Shown: positions 29,438 through 39,104, numbered from the stretch's first letter. The stretch: 64,000 nt of DNA from Myxococcota bacterium (GCA_036012755.1 DASCPX010000009.1:128001-192000); one strand, 5' to 3'. Notes: generated from the sequence alone by a model not told the origin. Numbers and translations are program-made.

Positions 29438-29446
29438 GGGCGGACT

Positions 29447-30655
29447 CTACTCGGATTCGGTCGTGTCCGGCGCGTCCGGGCTGTTGCGCGCGCTCTTGCG
29501 ATCCCGACGCCAGGTCCTTCGCTGGACCCGCTCGTCGCGCTTGGTCTTGCCGCCGAAGCGGTAGCTGACCTCTGCGGTGCTCAGCAGCCAGGCCATGTGC
29601 GGCCGCGAGATCCCGAGGCCGAGCCGGATCGACAGGCGCTTGAAGTCCATCTGGTAGGCACCGGAGAGCGAGAAGGTCTGGGTGACCGGCTGCCAGCCGT
29701 CTTCGGCCTCGACGAGGTTGTAGGCCCCGGTCAGCAGGGGGGGAATGCTGGTGTCGTCGCCCTTGGTGCGCTTCCAGACCATCGACCGACCCTGGAGGAT
29801 CAGGCTGTCGCGCCGGTTCAAGCGAAGGTCGATGGCCGCGTGCGCCGAGACCGCGTCGGCCTCCAGCGCGATCGGATCGACGTAGACGTCGAGGTCCTCG
29901 CTGGTCACCAGCAGCGCCGAGTTGATCTCGGCGAGGTCGGGGAGCCCCTCGAGCCCGATGGCCCAGTAGAGCACCCCGGCATGGATCCCCACCTTGGGAT
30001 GAGCGACGACCGACAGGGTGCCGCCAACGGACTGGTAGCGCGCGCCGAAGTCCGACTGCACCAGCATGTAGCGCGAGCCCTGAAAAGCGAGGTCGACAGG
30101 CCCGAGCCGCAGCGGGTCGACCTTGGCGTTGACGTTGTAGAGCCCGATGGCGTCGAGCGGCAGGTTGGTGCCCACCTGGGTGCGGGGCAGGATGCCGATC
30201 TGGAGGTTCGAGAGACCGACCTTCACCTCTCCCCAGTCGAGGGTGTAGGCGGTGAAGTCGGTGTGCGCGTACGGATTCGGTGGCAGGGCCTTGAGCCGTG
30301 GCTTGAGCCAGTCGATCTGGCCCTTCGTCAGGTCCGGGACCTCGAGCGCGTCCGCGGCGACGTCCACTGGCAGCGCCGGCGCGTCGAACTCCGCCTCGGG
30401 CAGCTCCTCGGCGGTCTGGAGCTCCGAGAGGTCGAGGGCCTGCGGCAACTGGGGCTCAGCGGGGGTCTCGGGCTCAGCGGGGACCTCGGGCTCAGCGGGG
30501 ACCTCGGGCTCAGCGGGGACCTCGGGCTCACCGGGCGCCTCGAGCTCAACGGGGACCTCGGGCTCCTCCTCCTCCGTGTCGTCCGTGACCTGCTCGCCAG
30601 ACCACGCGAGGAGGTCATCGTCGGCAGAGGCCAGGCTGAGCCAGAACCAGAACAC
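29447..30655 (-). CDS. hypothetical outer-membrane protein with Pro/Glu-rich linker
   Basis: Short signal VFWFWLSLASA, AEPEVP repeats, alternating beta-strand region ending VSYRFG. Confidence 0.75.
   Translation of the reverse strand: MFWFWLSLASADDDLLAWSGEQVTDDTEEEEPEVPVELEAPGEPEVPAEPEVPAEPEVPAEPETPAEPQLPQALDLSELQTAEELPEAEFDAPALPVDVAADALEVPDLTKGQIDWLKPRLKALPPNPYAHTDFTAYTLDWGEVKVGLSNLQIGILPRTQVGTNLPLDAIGLYNVNAKVDPLRLGPVDLAFQGSRYMLVQSDFGARYQSVGGTLSVVAHPKVGIHAGVLYWAIGLEGLPDLAEINSALLVTSEDLDVYVDPIALEADAVSAHAAIDLRLNRRDSLILQGRSMVWKRTKGDDTSIPPLLTGAYNLVEAEDGWQPVTQTFSLSGAYQMDFKRLSIRLGLGISRPHMAWLLSTAEVSYRFGGKTKRDERVQRRTWRRDRKSARNSPDAPDTTESE
30452..30531 (-). repeat. 18-bp tandem repeat (~4.5 copies) encoding AEPEVP
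   Basis: GGGCTCAGCGGGGACCTC units on the + strand. Confidence 0.93.
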
Positions 30656-30740
30656 CTTCTCTTCCTCGGTCGAAACACCCCAACACTGTAGGCCGCCGCC
30701 GACATGGGTCACACTCTGCGCTGACGAACAGGACAGAGGC

Positions 30741-32603
30741 GTGAGAGACCGTCTGCTCGGATGGCCGCTGGCCGCCGCCGTCTACCTCGGCCTTGCCCTG
30801 TGGACGCTCTACCCGGCCTGGCTGGACGGCGAGCACGTCCTCGTCGGCGACTGGCGCCATCCAGACATGCTGAGCAACCACTGGCTCTACGCCTGGATCG
30901 GAGAGAGCCTGCTCTCGGGCGAGTCCATCCTCCACAACACCGACTACTACTTCCCGATCGGCGACCACCCCTGGCTCGCCGGGAACGGCTCCGACGCCGT
31001 GCTCGCGGCTCCCTTCCACGGTCTGCTGGGGTGGCCGGGCAGCGTGACGGCCTGGCTCGTGTGCGTGCTCGTCGCCAACGGAATCGCCGGGCGGGCGCTG
31101 TGCCGCGTGATGGGCGGAACCAACGCCGGCTCGCTCTTCGGCGGCGCGACCATCGCGCTGTGCGCCTATGTCTGCCACGAGCTCGCGGGCGGGCGCTTCT
31201 CCCAGGTCCCGCTGTGGGCCTTCGCGGGCTTCCTCGCCGCCTGGATCCGCCTGCTCTCCAAGCCCACCCTCGGCATGGGCGTGCTCGCGGGGGTGCTCTA
31301 CGCCGTCGGCGCCTTCCTCTACTGGTACTACGGCCTCTGGGCCGCCGGCATCGCGGCGCTGCTGCTGGCCTTCCGCAGACCAAGAGAAGGCTGGATGCCC
31401 CTGGGGGTCTGCGCGGCCGTCGCCGCCGCCCTGACGCTCCCCCCGCTGTTGCTCTTCCTGAAGAACTGGGCGCTGATCCCCGGGACCGACGCCGCGGTCT
31501 TCCCCCACCCGCTGGCCATGACCTCCGGCCTGCCTCCGACCTTCCTCTTCTGGGGCAGCAGCGCCGAGCGTGGCGAGGTCATCGTCTCGGCCATCGCGCT
31601 CGGGCTGGCGGCGCTCGGCGTCTGGAGGAGCCGCCCGCTGAGCTGGCGGGACAAGGGCATGCTCGCGGTCGGGGCGATCTTCTTCCTGCTGGCGCTCGGG
31701 CCCGAGATCCTCGCTCCGAGCGGCGCAGGAACCGGCGTCCCTGGTCCCTTCCGCCTCGCCTACGGCACCGTCGGGGTGCTCCAGCGCTACTGGTGGCCCT
31801 ATCGCCATGTCGTAGTCGTGCTCTTCGTCGTAGCCGTCTTCGCCGCAAGGGCCCTGCCGGAGAAGTGGCCCCTGGCGCTGGGGTTGGTGGTGGCCTTGCC
31901 GGTCGACTTGATCCTGCGCGACGGCAAGGCCTCTGCGCCCTCGGCGTGGTGGGAGCCCCCAGAGGCCTACCTGGCCATCGCCGAGCTCCCCGGCGAAGCG
32001 CTCATCGAGCTCCCGATCGCGCCCCAGGTGGTCTCGGCCCAGCAGACCCTCAGCTACCAGCGAGTCCACCAAAAGAAGCTCGTGAACGGTCACGCCATGT
32101 GGGTCGATCGGGTGCGCCCCGACGAATGGGACCAGTGGGTGGCGGACAACACCTTCCTGTCCGTGCTGCAGGCCTACGAACGCGGCGAGCTGATGGTCGC
32201 GCCCTTCGCTTTCCGCCCCGAGCACGTCGTGGCACTTCGCAACGACGGCGTCCGCTACCTGGTCGTCAACGCCGAGTACTTCCCGCGCGCTCTCTACGGG
32301 CTCGTAGAGCGCTACCCGAAGATCTTCGACCCGCTCTTCGGCGAGCCCGTGTACGTCTTCCGCGACCACCTGTGGGTCTGGGATCTCGAGGGCTACACCC
32401 ACGCTGGCTACGTCGAGGACGTCCCGCCCTTCGGCCTGCCAGAGGACTACCGGAACCGCGACGGGACCGCCATGCTGGACGTCGGTCACGGCCGGGCCCT
32501 GGGTCTCCGCGGCCTGGCGCGCTTGTTCCCACCCACCATTCCGCCGGAGCCGCTCCGCGAGGGAGACGACCTGGGCGCCGCCCCTGGAGATGATCGCCGG
32601 TGA
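30741..32603 (+). CDS. polytopic membrane protein, GT-C glycosyltransferase-like
   Basis: Acidic residue after TM1 (HPDM), YFPIG, LALGP, WPYR, YQRVHQKKLVNG. Confidence 0.75.
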   Translation: MRDRLLGWPLAAAVYLGLALWTLYPAWLDGEHVLVGDWRHPDMLSNHWLYAWIGESLLSGESILHNTDYYFPIGDHPWLAGNGSDAVLAAPFHGLLGWPGSVTAWLVCVLVANGIAGRALCRVMGGTNAGSLFGGATIALCAYVCHELAGGRFSQVPLWAFAGFLAAWIRLLSKPTLGMGVLAGVLYAVGAFLYWYYGLWAAGIAALLLAFRRPREGWMPLGVCAAVAAALTLPPLLLFLKNWALIPGTDAAVFPHPLAMTSGLPPTFLFWGSSAERGEVIVSAIALGLAALGVWRSRPLSWRDKGMLAVGAIFFLLALGPEILAPSGAGTGVPGPFRLAYGTVGVLQRYWWPYRHVVVVLFVVAVFAARALPEKWPLALGLVVALPVDLILRDGKASAPSAWWEPPEAYLAIAELPGEALIELPIAPQVVSAQQTLSYQRVHQKKLVNGHAMWVDRVRPDEWDQWVADNTFLSVLQAYERGELMVAPFAFRPEHVVALRNDGVRYLVVNAEYFPRALYGLVERYPKIFDPLFGEPVYVFRDHLWVWDLEGYTHAGYVEDVPPFGLPEDYRNRDGTAMLDVGHGRALGLRGLARLFPPTIPPEPLREGDDLGAAPGDDRR

Positions 32604-34216
32604 GACACCTCGGCGCCCTCGTCGTCGTCGCCGTCGCCTTCTTGGTGGTCTGGCCCGGTCCCTTCGCAGATGGCGCCCTGGGTCACCCCACCGGAGACAT
32701 GCCGGATCACCTCTGGGGCACCTGGTGGGTCGCTCGGTCCCTGGCCTCTGGGGACCTCCCCCTGACAACAGCGATCACGCACCTGCCGGAGGGCGGGGCG
32801 CTGTGGCACCCGGATCCCCTGGGGGCGCTCATCGCCGCGCCGTTTTCCTTCCTGGGCCCCCATCGGGCGTGGAATCTCCTGGTCACCCTGCAGGTCGTGC
32901 TCGCCGGAGTCGCGGCCTACGGCATGGGCCGGGACATCAGCGGTGATCCGGTGGGCGGGGTGGCAGCGGGCATCATCGTCGCGGCCTCGCCCTATGTCCT
33001 CGGGCTGGTGCACAGCGGCCTGTCCGAGTACCTCGGCCTGCTCCTGCCCGTCTGCTTCCTCTGGACCCTGGTCCGGTCACTCGACGGACGCTCGCCGGCC
33101 TGGCTCCCCGGCTTGCTGCTGGGTCTGTGCGCCTGGCAGGCGCTCTACTACGGGGTCTTCGGCGGCCTGCTGGCCCTCTGCCTGGTCACCCGGGCGCGCC
33201 TGCCGACGCTGGCCCGCACGCTTGCGGTCGGAGCCCTCGTCGCCGCCCCCGCCGCGGGCCTGGCGTGGTGGAGCCTGCACGCGCCAGATCCGGCCTTCAC
33301 ACCCGACCAGGCCCCTGGATGGGAGATGCACCGGCTCCCGGCGGTGGACCTGATGAGCTGGCTGCGCCCGGGCGACTGGTTCCACCCGGACACCCCGGCG
33401 CTCGGCAACCCCGGCATCCTCCACGTCAACTACGTCGGCTGGAGCGTGGTCGCCCTCGCGGTCGTCGCGCTGGTCCGCCGGCCGAAGCTGCGCCGGGACC
33501 TGCGCGGCGCCGCGGCCTTCGGCGTGCTCGCGTTGGGGCCGGCCTTGAGCTGGAACCGCATGCCGTTGCGCCTGGGCACCCTGCCGCTGTTGTTGCCCCT
33601 GGCCCTGCTCTACGCGACCCCGCTGGACTTCATCCACCACCCCTACCGCATCGCCGGCTTCGTCATGCCGCTGTTGGCGTTGTTCGCCGCGGTCGGCGTC
33701 TCCGCCCTGCCTCGGGTGGTCGGGCTCCTGGCCCCGGCGGTGGTGCTGGTGGAGTTCCTCTTCGCCTCTCCGGGACCCTGGCCGGTGCAGGTCACCCCGA
33801 TGCCAGAGGTCGCCGAGCTCGAAGGGGCCCGCCTCGACTGGCCACCCGATGCCTCCGCGGCGAACCGCCAGTACCTCCTGGCGCAGACCCTGCACGGCCA
33901 GCCCATCGCCTATGGCATCAACGTCTTCGTCACCGACGGAGTCGCCAAGACCCCCCTGGCCAACGAGGCCCTCGGCCTGCTCGAGGTGGAGACTCGCTCA
34001 CGAAACCGCGACGTCCCGGGGCGCTTCACGCTCCCGGAGGCCACAGGTCCGAGCCTCGATCAGCAAGGATTCCACTGGCTCGTCCTTCACGAGGACCAGC
34101 TCTCTGGCGAGGAGCTCGAGGCGACCATGCGCCTGTTCACCCGCCGCCTGGGACCTCCAGATGTGGCATCAGGGGATGTCGCTGCGTGGAGGCTCCGAGA
34201 CCAGTCCCGACCTTAG
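32600..34216 (+). CDS. polytopic membrane protein, GT-C-like paralog
   Basis: GDMPDHLW, LALGP, HPYR, QTLHGQPI; GTGA overlap with the previous gene. Confidence 0.75.
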   Translation: MRHLGALVVVAVAFLVVWPGPFADGALGHPTGDMPDHLWGTWWVARSLASGDLPLTTAITHLPEGGALWHPDPLGALIAAPFSFLGPHRAWNLLVTLQVVLAGVAAYGMGRDISGDPVGGVAAGIIVAASPYVLGLVHSGLSEYLGLLLPVCFLWTLVRSLDGRSPAWLPGLLLGLCAWQALYYGVFGGLLALCLVTRARLPTLARTLAVGALVAAPAAGLAWWSLHAPDPAFTPDQAPGWEMHRLPAVDLMSWLRPGDWFHPDTPALGNPGILHVNYVGWSVVALAVVALVRRPKLRRDLRGAAAFGVLALGPALSWNRMPLRLGTLPLLLPLALLYATPLDFIHHPYRIAGFVMPLLALFAAVGVSALPRVVGLLAPAVVLVEFLFASPGPWPVQVTPMPEVAELEGARLDWPPDASAANRQYLLAQTLHGQPIAYGINVFVTDGVAKTPLANEALGLLEVETRSRNRDVPGRFTLPEATGPSLDQQGFHWLVLHEDQLSGEELEATMRLFTRRLGPPDVASGDVAAWRLRDQSRP

Positions 34217-35328
34217 CCGTCGCGCCTTCCACCGGCGCCCCGGAGCGGCGTCCTGGAACGGCGGTGCCTCCGCCACACCCCGGGCTTGCCCAGCCCCACC
34301 CGCGAGGGCTCTACGATTCCGCCCCGATGGACCGCCAGCCACGGCCCCTCACGGTTCCGAAACAGCGCACACCTTCCCTCGTGCACCGCCGCGTGGTGAA
34401 CCGAGCACAGGGTGAAGAGGTTGGCCTCCTCGTGTGTGCCGCCGTCAGCGAAGGGCACCCCGTGATGTAGCTGCAGGAAGAGGGTGCACGTGCACCCGGG
34501 GAACACGCAGCGGTAGGCATCCCGAGCCAAGACCGCCCGCCGCGTGCGGTCGGGGACATGGCGGGTGAGCTGGCCTCGGTCGGGGCCGTCCGTCAGGTCG
34601 AGGACATCGCCGTCGTCCTCTGCCTGGGTGGCCACATGGTCCATCACCATGAAGTCGGGGCTCGAGGCCGCCGCGCAGTCCGGGCAGCGAGTGACCACGG
34701 TTCTGTAGATGGGCTCTGTCGGAGGCTCCTCTGCTTGCTGCTCCACCGCCATCGCCCCACGGCGGATGATCAAGCCCACCAGGCGTCCGGCGTCCAGGTC
34801 ATCGCTGTCCACCCCCGACTGCACTCGGAGCAACGCGATTGCTCGGTCGAGGACCTCGCTGTCGGCGGCCTCGAGCATGAAGGAGCGCCTCACTCGCGGA
34901 GGTGGCAGCTCCTCCTCCGGGTCGGGAGGCAGATCTCCAGGCTCGCGGCCGGAGAGTTGCTGCTCGAGGACCCGGTTGGAGATGTTCCGGGCTCGCTCGA
35001 TCCACTCCTCGACGTTGTCTGTCGTGACCACCGGAAGCAGCCGCGCGGCCTTGGTGTAGGACAGACTCCCGCTGGAAAACGCCGCCTCCAGAGCTGGAAG
35101 AGCGGGGACCCGCTCGGCCAGGCTCAACAGCACCTTCACCTTGGCCCCGCCGATGTCCAACGCCTCCCTAGCGTAGGCGATCAGCGAGGCGAAGCCGAGG
35201 TCCTGGAACAGGGCCGTGCGTCTGGCCTCCAGCAGCAGGACAGCGATCCGGTGGTCGAGGGCACGCGAGGCGTGGACGGCGTCGAGGAGCTCCTGGTGGA
35301 GCGACTGTGCGGAAGTGTTCATGACCAT
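34213..35328 (-). CDS. DUF222-like/HNH endonuclease (possible mobile element)
   Basis: LSYTKAARL N-domain, CPDC, RRAVLARDAYRCVFPGC, LHH...GGTHEEANL..LC..HH..H. Confidence 0.9.
   Translation of the reverse strand: MVMNTSAQSLHQELLDAVHASRALDHRIAVLLLEARRTALFQDLGFASLIAYAREALDIGGAKVKVLLSLAERVPALPALEAAFSSGSLSYTKAARLLPVVTTDNVEEWIERARNISNRVLEQQLSGREPGDLPPDPEEELPPPRVRRSFMLEAADSEVLDRAIALLRVQSGVDSDDLDAGRLVGLIIRRGAMAVEQQAEEPPTEPIYRTVVTRCPDCAAASSPDFMVMDHVATQAEDDGDVLDLTDGPDRGQLTRHVPDRTRRAVLARDAYRCVFPGCTCTLFLQLHHGVPFADGGTHEEANLFTLCSVHHAAVHEGRCALFRNREGPWLAVHRGGIVEPSRVGLGKPGVWRRHRRSRTPLRGAGGRRDG
34217..34313. repeat. diverged copy of the dispersed repeat overlapping the HNH 3' end
   Basis: 34221-34239 identical to 21677-21695; further colinear blocks match 12000-12127. 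Confidence 0.65.
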
Positions 35329-35832
35329 CCTCTAACATGCCGTTTTTGCTCGCTATTGTGCGCTCTCTGGGCGGCAGATCAGGCCTGATTCCGAGCTTGT
35401 AGGACCCTCGGGGGCCTCGAGGCGATCCTGGGGGCCCTGAGGAGCCTTCAGGGGCCTCGCAGTTCGGACCGAGGCCGACACCGGTTGCGGGCCTCAGCAA
35501 CGCGGATTGGTTTACATCGTCTTGACATCTTCGCGCGGCCTGCTTGGCGGATGTCCGGTCGGCCACGGTCGCCTCCTGGCCTCGTCACCTCGTCGGCGAG
35601 CACCGGGACCCGCGAGCTCGGGCTCCCCGACGTTGACGAGTGAGGAATCGGCTCGCTTCTCCCTGTCGAGCCCGGCCCGGCTCCTACGCGCTGCGTGCCA
35701 TTTGGTCGAGGGTGCGCGCCGAGGCTTTCCCCGAGGGTGGGGCGTGTGGCCTCCCGCTCGAAGCCTGCTGTCCGGGCGACATGGAGATCACACGATCCGG
35801 CACGTTGCCTCCCAAGCGAGTCGCGGACATCG

Positions 35833-37407
35833 CTACCCGCCGCCGCCCCAGAACAGGTAGACCGCGCCCGCCTTCGGGCCGCCCTCGTCGTTCCAGGCAC
35901 TGCGAACAGCGAGGTCGTCGAAAGCGTCACCGTTGAAGTCGCCGACGGCGACCTCGCCCAGGAGATCTCCGTCACTCTCCGCATCGAAGAAAGCGTCCGC
36001 GTCGTCGATCGAGATCGTGCCGCTGATCGGTCCGTACAGGAGGTAGACCGTGCCACCATCGCCGTCCGGATCGTCCTCAGTTCGGGAGGTGAGCGCGATG
36101 TCACCAAATCCGTCACCGTCGAGGTCGCCCACATCGAAATAGAAACCGGCGTAGAAACCGGCGTTGTTGCCCTCGACGGTGCTGGAGGCGGCCTCGGTGA
36201 AGGTCATGCGTCCTGTGCTGTCTCCCGAGACGATGTAGATGTTCCCGTAGTCTTCGAACCCCGTGTACGGCGACCCCGCTACGATGTCGGTGTAGCCGTC
36301 TCCATCGGTGTCACCGTGTGCAGAGGGACGCCACCCGGAGTACTCGCCCCCGACCAGACGAAGGTCCTCATCGCCGGAGCCTCCCGCTCCGTCACCTGCC
36401 ACGAGCCACCCAGATGCTGGCCCGTGGATGACGAACAGGCCCGGGCTGTTGTCGTTTCGTGGGTCCGAGACCACGAGATCACGCAGTCCATCGCCGTCAA
36501 CATCCCGGGCTTGACTGCCCCGATACCCGATCGAACTTTCTCGCGCCGATGTCACGAACAGGCTCCGGTCGTCCAAGGACACCGCCGCAGTGACGGGTCC
36601 GGTGACGATGGCTACTGCACCTCCCTTCCACCAGGAGTAGCAGCTCATCGCAAGGTCATCGTGGCCGTCGCCCCCGAAGTCGCCCACTGGGACGGGGCGC
36701 GTACAACTGAAGTCCTCGCCGGTGACCAAGGCATCCTTGACCCGGAAGTCCGGCTTCGCGAGGAGCCCGAAAACGGGGCCGAAGTGTATTCCCAGGTGCG
36801 CCACACCGTCCTCTGGATAGACAGCGCTGGCGACATCCCCAAAGCCGTCACCGTCGATGTCACCCACGCCGTCTCTCAACGCGACTCGCGTCCCGTTCCC
36901 TTCGGTCCAGCTCGTCGCGGGCGAGTCGATGTGGATCACCCCGCCGCCTGGATTGGGGACGACGTAGGAGAGGACGCCCATCACCAACAGATCGTCGACG
37001 CCATCGCCGGTGAGATCGTCCACGAACTCCAGGGCGTAGCCGAAATACTCATCGGTCTCCTCCCCGGGGCCCAGGATCTTGATGTCCGCGTCCGACAGGC
37101 TGGTCGTGCCCTCGAGGCGACATTGGGGCTCCGGCTGGTCATCGCAGTCGTTGTCGAGACCGTCCTCGCAGACCTCCTCCGCGTCCGGGTTGATGGCCGG
37201 GTCGGTGTCGTCACAGTCTCCGGCGACGGCGGCGAAGCCGGAGGGCTTCGACGAGGCCTCGGTCGTGTCGTCGTCTACCCCGAAGCCGTCCCCGTCCCCG
37301 TCGCGGAACCAGGTCTCCAGCGGCACATCGCTGTCGGCTGGGCCCACGGAGTCCAAGGTCGGGCTGTCAGACGGCTTGTTCGTGCAGGCCAGGGCCAGCC
37401 ACAGCAT
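35833..37407 (-). CDS. lipoprotein with one DCDD/MopE-like repeat and FG-GAP repeats
   Basis: MLWLALAC; DCDD..P.I.P.A.E.C; GD.DGDG..D repeats; GAVYLF. Confidence 0.88.
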   Translation of the reverse strand: MLWLALACTNKPSDSPTLDSVGPADSDVPLETWFRDGDGDGFGVDDDTTEASSKPSGFAAVAGDCDDTDPAINPDAEEVCEDGLDNDCDDQPEPQCRLEGTTSLSDADIKILGPGEETDEYFGYALEFVDDLTGDGVDDLLVMGVLSYVVPNPGGGVIHIDSPATSWTEGNGTRVALRDGVGDIDGDGFGDVASAVYPEDGVAHLGIHFGPVFGLLAKPDFRVKDALVTGEDFSCTRPVPVGDFGGDGHDDLAMSCYSWWKGGAVAIVTGPVTAAVSLDDRSLFVTSARESSIGYRGSQARDVDGDGLRDLVVSDPRNDNSPGLFVIHGPASGWLVAGDGAGGSGDEDLRLVGGEYSGWRPSAHGDTDGDGYTDIVAGSPYTGFEDYGNIYIVSGDSTGRMTFTEAASSTVEGNNAGFYAGFYFDVGDLDGDGFGDIALTSRTEDDPDGDGGTVYLLYGPISGTISIDDADAFFDAESDGDLLGEVAVGDFNGDAFDDLAVRSAWNDEGGPKAGAVYLFWGGGG

Positions 37408-37589
37408 CAGTTGTTGACGTGTTCCGCGAACACAATGGTGCCGTCGTCGTACGCGGGGTCCGCTGTGCATGTGTCATCGTCGAAGCCAGCCACGTCCGGC
37501 CAGGAGCCGGAGGTGATGGACTCGAACGAGCACTCCCCGCACCGTTCACCTCCCAAGCGGAGGGTACTCTCAGCCTGGGGCACGGGCAC
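37407..37589 (-). pseudogene. probable gene remnant (60 aa)
   Basis: Short frame ending in a TGATG overlap with 37407; no SD, stop just upstream. Confidence 0.35.
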
Positions 37590-37649
37590 GAGCTATCGGG
37601 GCTCGAGGCTCGGCAGCTGAGACCAACCGGGTGACCGGCCAGTGTGTTC

Positions 37650-38342
37650 TCAAGCTCCGCGCCGCCGGATCACCAGGGCCCCGAGACCAAAGAGCAGCAC
37701 CGCGACCAAAGCCAGGCCCATCCACCGGGTCGGCGAGGTCTCCGGCGGCAGCGCCTCCCCGAGCGCCAGCATGCCCTCCCCGCCGCGAAGCTCGTGCCAC
37801 TCCAAGGGCCGCCAGGACAGCGAGATCTCGCGCATCTCTTCGTCCATCCGGTAGCGACCGTCGAGGTTGCGCTTCAGGACGCCCTGGTCGAAGAAGAGCA
37901 TCGAGCTGTCGGTGACCGCCAGGGTGGAGTCGACGAGCACCTCGGTCATGAAGTAGCTCAGCTCGTCGGGTCGGTTGCCGTTGTCCAACTCCAGCTGGTG
38001 GGCCCCCGGTCCAAGGTCCAGGCGCAGGGTCTGGTCGTAGTAGACGTACTTGACCGTGCCCTTGGCCTCGCTCTCGACGCGCTCCCAGTCGACCACCTGG
38101 CCGTCCGCCGAGACGCGGAGGTTGTCACGCAGCTCGTCCAGCAGGCGGGCGCTGAAGGCGTCGGCGTCGTCCTGACTCAGATCCTCACTGACGGCCTGCA
38201 GCTCGGCGACGACCTCGTGGGTCGGGAGTCGCACGCCGTAGTCGACCTCCACAGCCTCCGGGAGCACCCGAATCGCGAGTTGGTGACTGGGGAAGACACC
38301 GCCGACCGGATGCGCCAGCGCGACACTCAGCCAGACGAACAC
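37650..38342 (-). CDS. exported protein with C-terminal TM anchor (His-Pro mature N-terminus, possible metal binding)
   Basis: VFVWLSVALA-HP; C-terminal TM plus RRR. Confidence 0.72.
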   Translation of the reverse strand: MFVWLSVALAHPVGGVFPSHQLAIRVLPEAVEVDYGVRLPTHEVVAELQAVSEDLSQDDADAFSARLLDELRDNLRVSADGQVVDWERVESEAKGTVKYVYYDQTLRLDLGPGAHQLELDNGNRPDELSYFMTEVLVDSTLAVTDSSMLFFDQGVLKRNLDGRYRMDEEMREISLSWRPLEWHELRGGEGMLALGEALPPETSPTRWMGLALVAVLLFGLGALVIRRRGA

Positions 38343-38381
38343 GGCTTTGCCTCGGGTGGGGGTGCGGTTAGAGCAGGCCCG

Positions 38382-39104
38382 ATGAGCACGGTGCGTGGGC
38401 AGCCGAGCGGCTTCGGGATCGACATCACGGAGCTGACAAAGAGAGTGCTGGTGGCGCTCATCACCCTCTATGTCGTCGAGCTCGTCCTCGTCTTCTGGTT
38501 CAAGATCGACGTGAGCCGGTGGGTCTTCCTCAACCGCCTCGGCACCGGGTGGATGCCGTGGCAGGTGCTCACCGCCCAGATCTTCAACCACCTCTCGCCC
38601 ATGGGCGCGATCTTCGACTGGATCATCATCGTCTTCTTCCTCGGTCCGGTCGAGCGGCTCATGGGGCGGAAGAAGCTCCTGACCTCCCTGGGAATCGTCG
38701 CCGTCGGCGCTGGCTTCCTCACCACCGCGCTGGACGCGCTGGGGGCTGTCGCGGTCGAGACCCCCTTCGTCGGCCTGAACCCGGTGATCACGGCGCTCGT
38801 CGTCTTCTTTGGTCTGAGCCTGCCGAACGCGACGATCCGCCTCTTCTTCGTCCTCCCGATCAAGGCCGCGTGGTTCGCCTGGGGAAGCGGGCTGGTCTCC
38901 CTGCTCTACTTCCTGACCTTCCGGGACCTCGGCAGCGCCATGGCGATCTCGGGATGGATCGTGGCCTTCGGCGTGATGAAGGTCGGGCCGGACGAGTGGC
39001 GAAAGCTCCACCTCCGCTGGAAGGCCCGAAAGCTCGAAAAAGAGCTCGAGAAGTTCGAGGTCATCGACGGCGGAAAGGGCGACGACGACGAGTACATCCA
39101 CTGA
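38382..39104 (+). CDS. rhomboid-like membrane protein, probably inactive
   Basis: PWQVLT, GPVER, FFVLPIK; GLNP in place of GxSG and no catalytic His. Confidence 0.75.
   Translation: MSTVRGQPSGFGIDITELTKRVLVALITLYVVELVLVFWFKIDVSRWVFLNRLGTGWMPWQVLTAQIFNHLSPMGAIFDWIIIVFFLGPVERLMGRKKLLTSLGIVAVGAGFLTTALDALGAVAVETPFVGLNPVITALVVFFGLSLPNATIRLFFVLPIKAAWFAWGSGLVSLLYFLTFRDLGSAMAISGWIVAFGVMKVGPDEWRKLHLRWKARKLEKELEKFEVIDGGKGDDDEYIH

Noticed and set aside
34213..35328. IscB/Cas9-like RNA-guided nuclease call
   Set aside because: No RuvC motifs or PLMP-like N-terminus seen; only a DUF222-like region and HNH.
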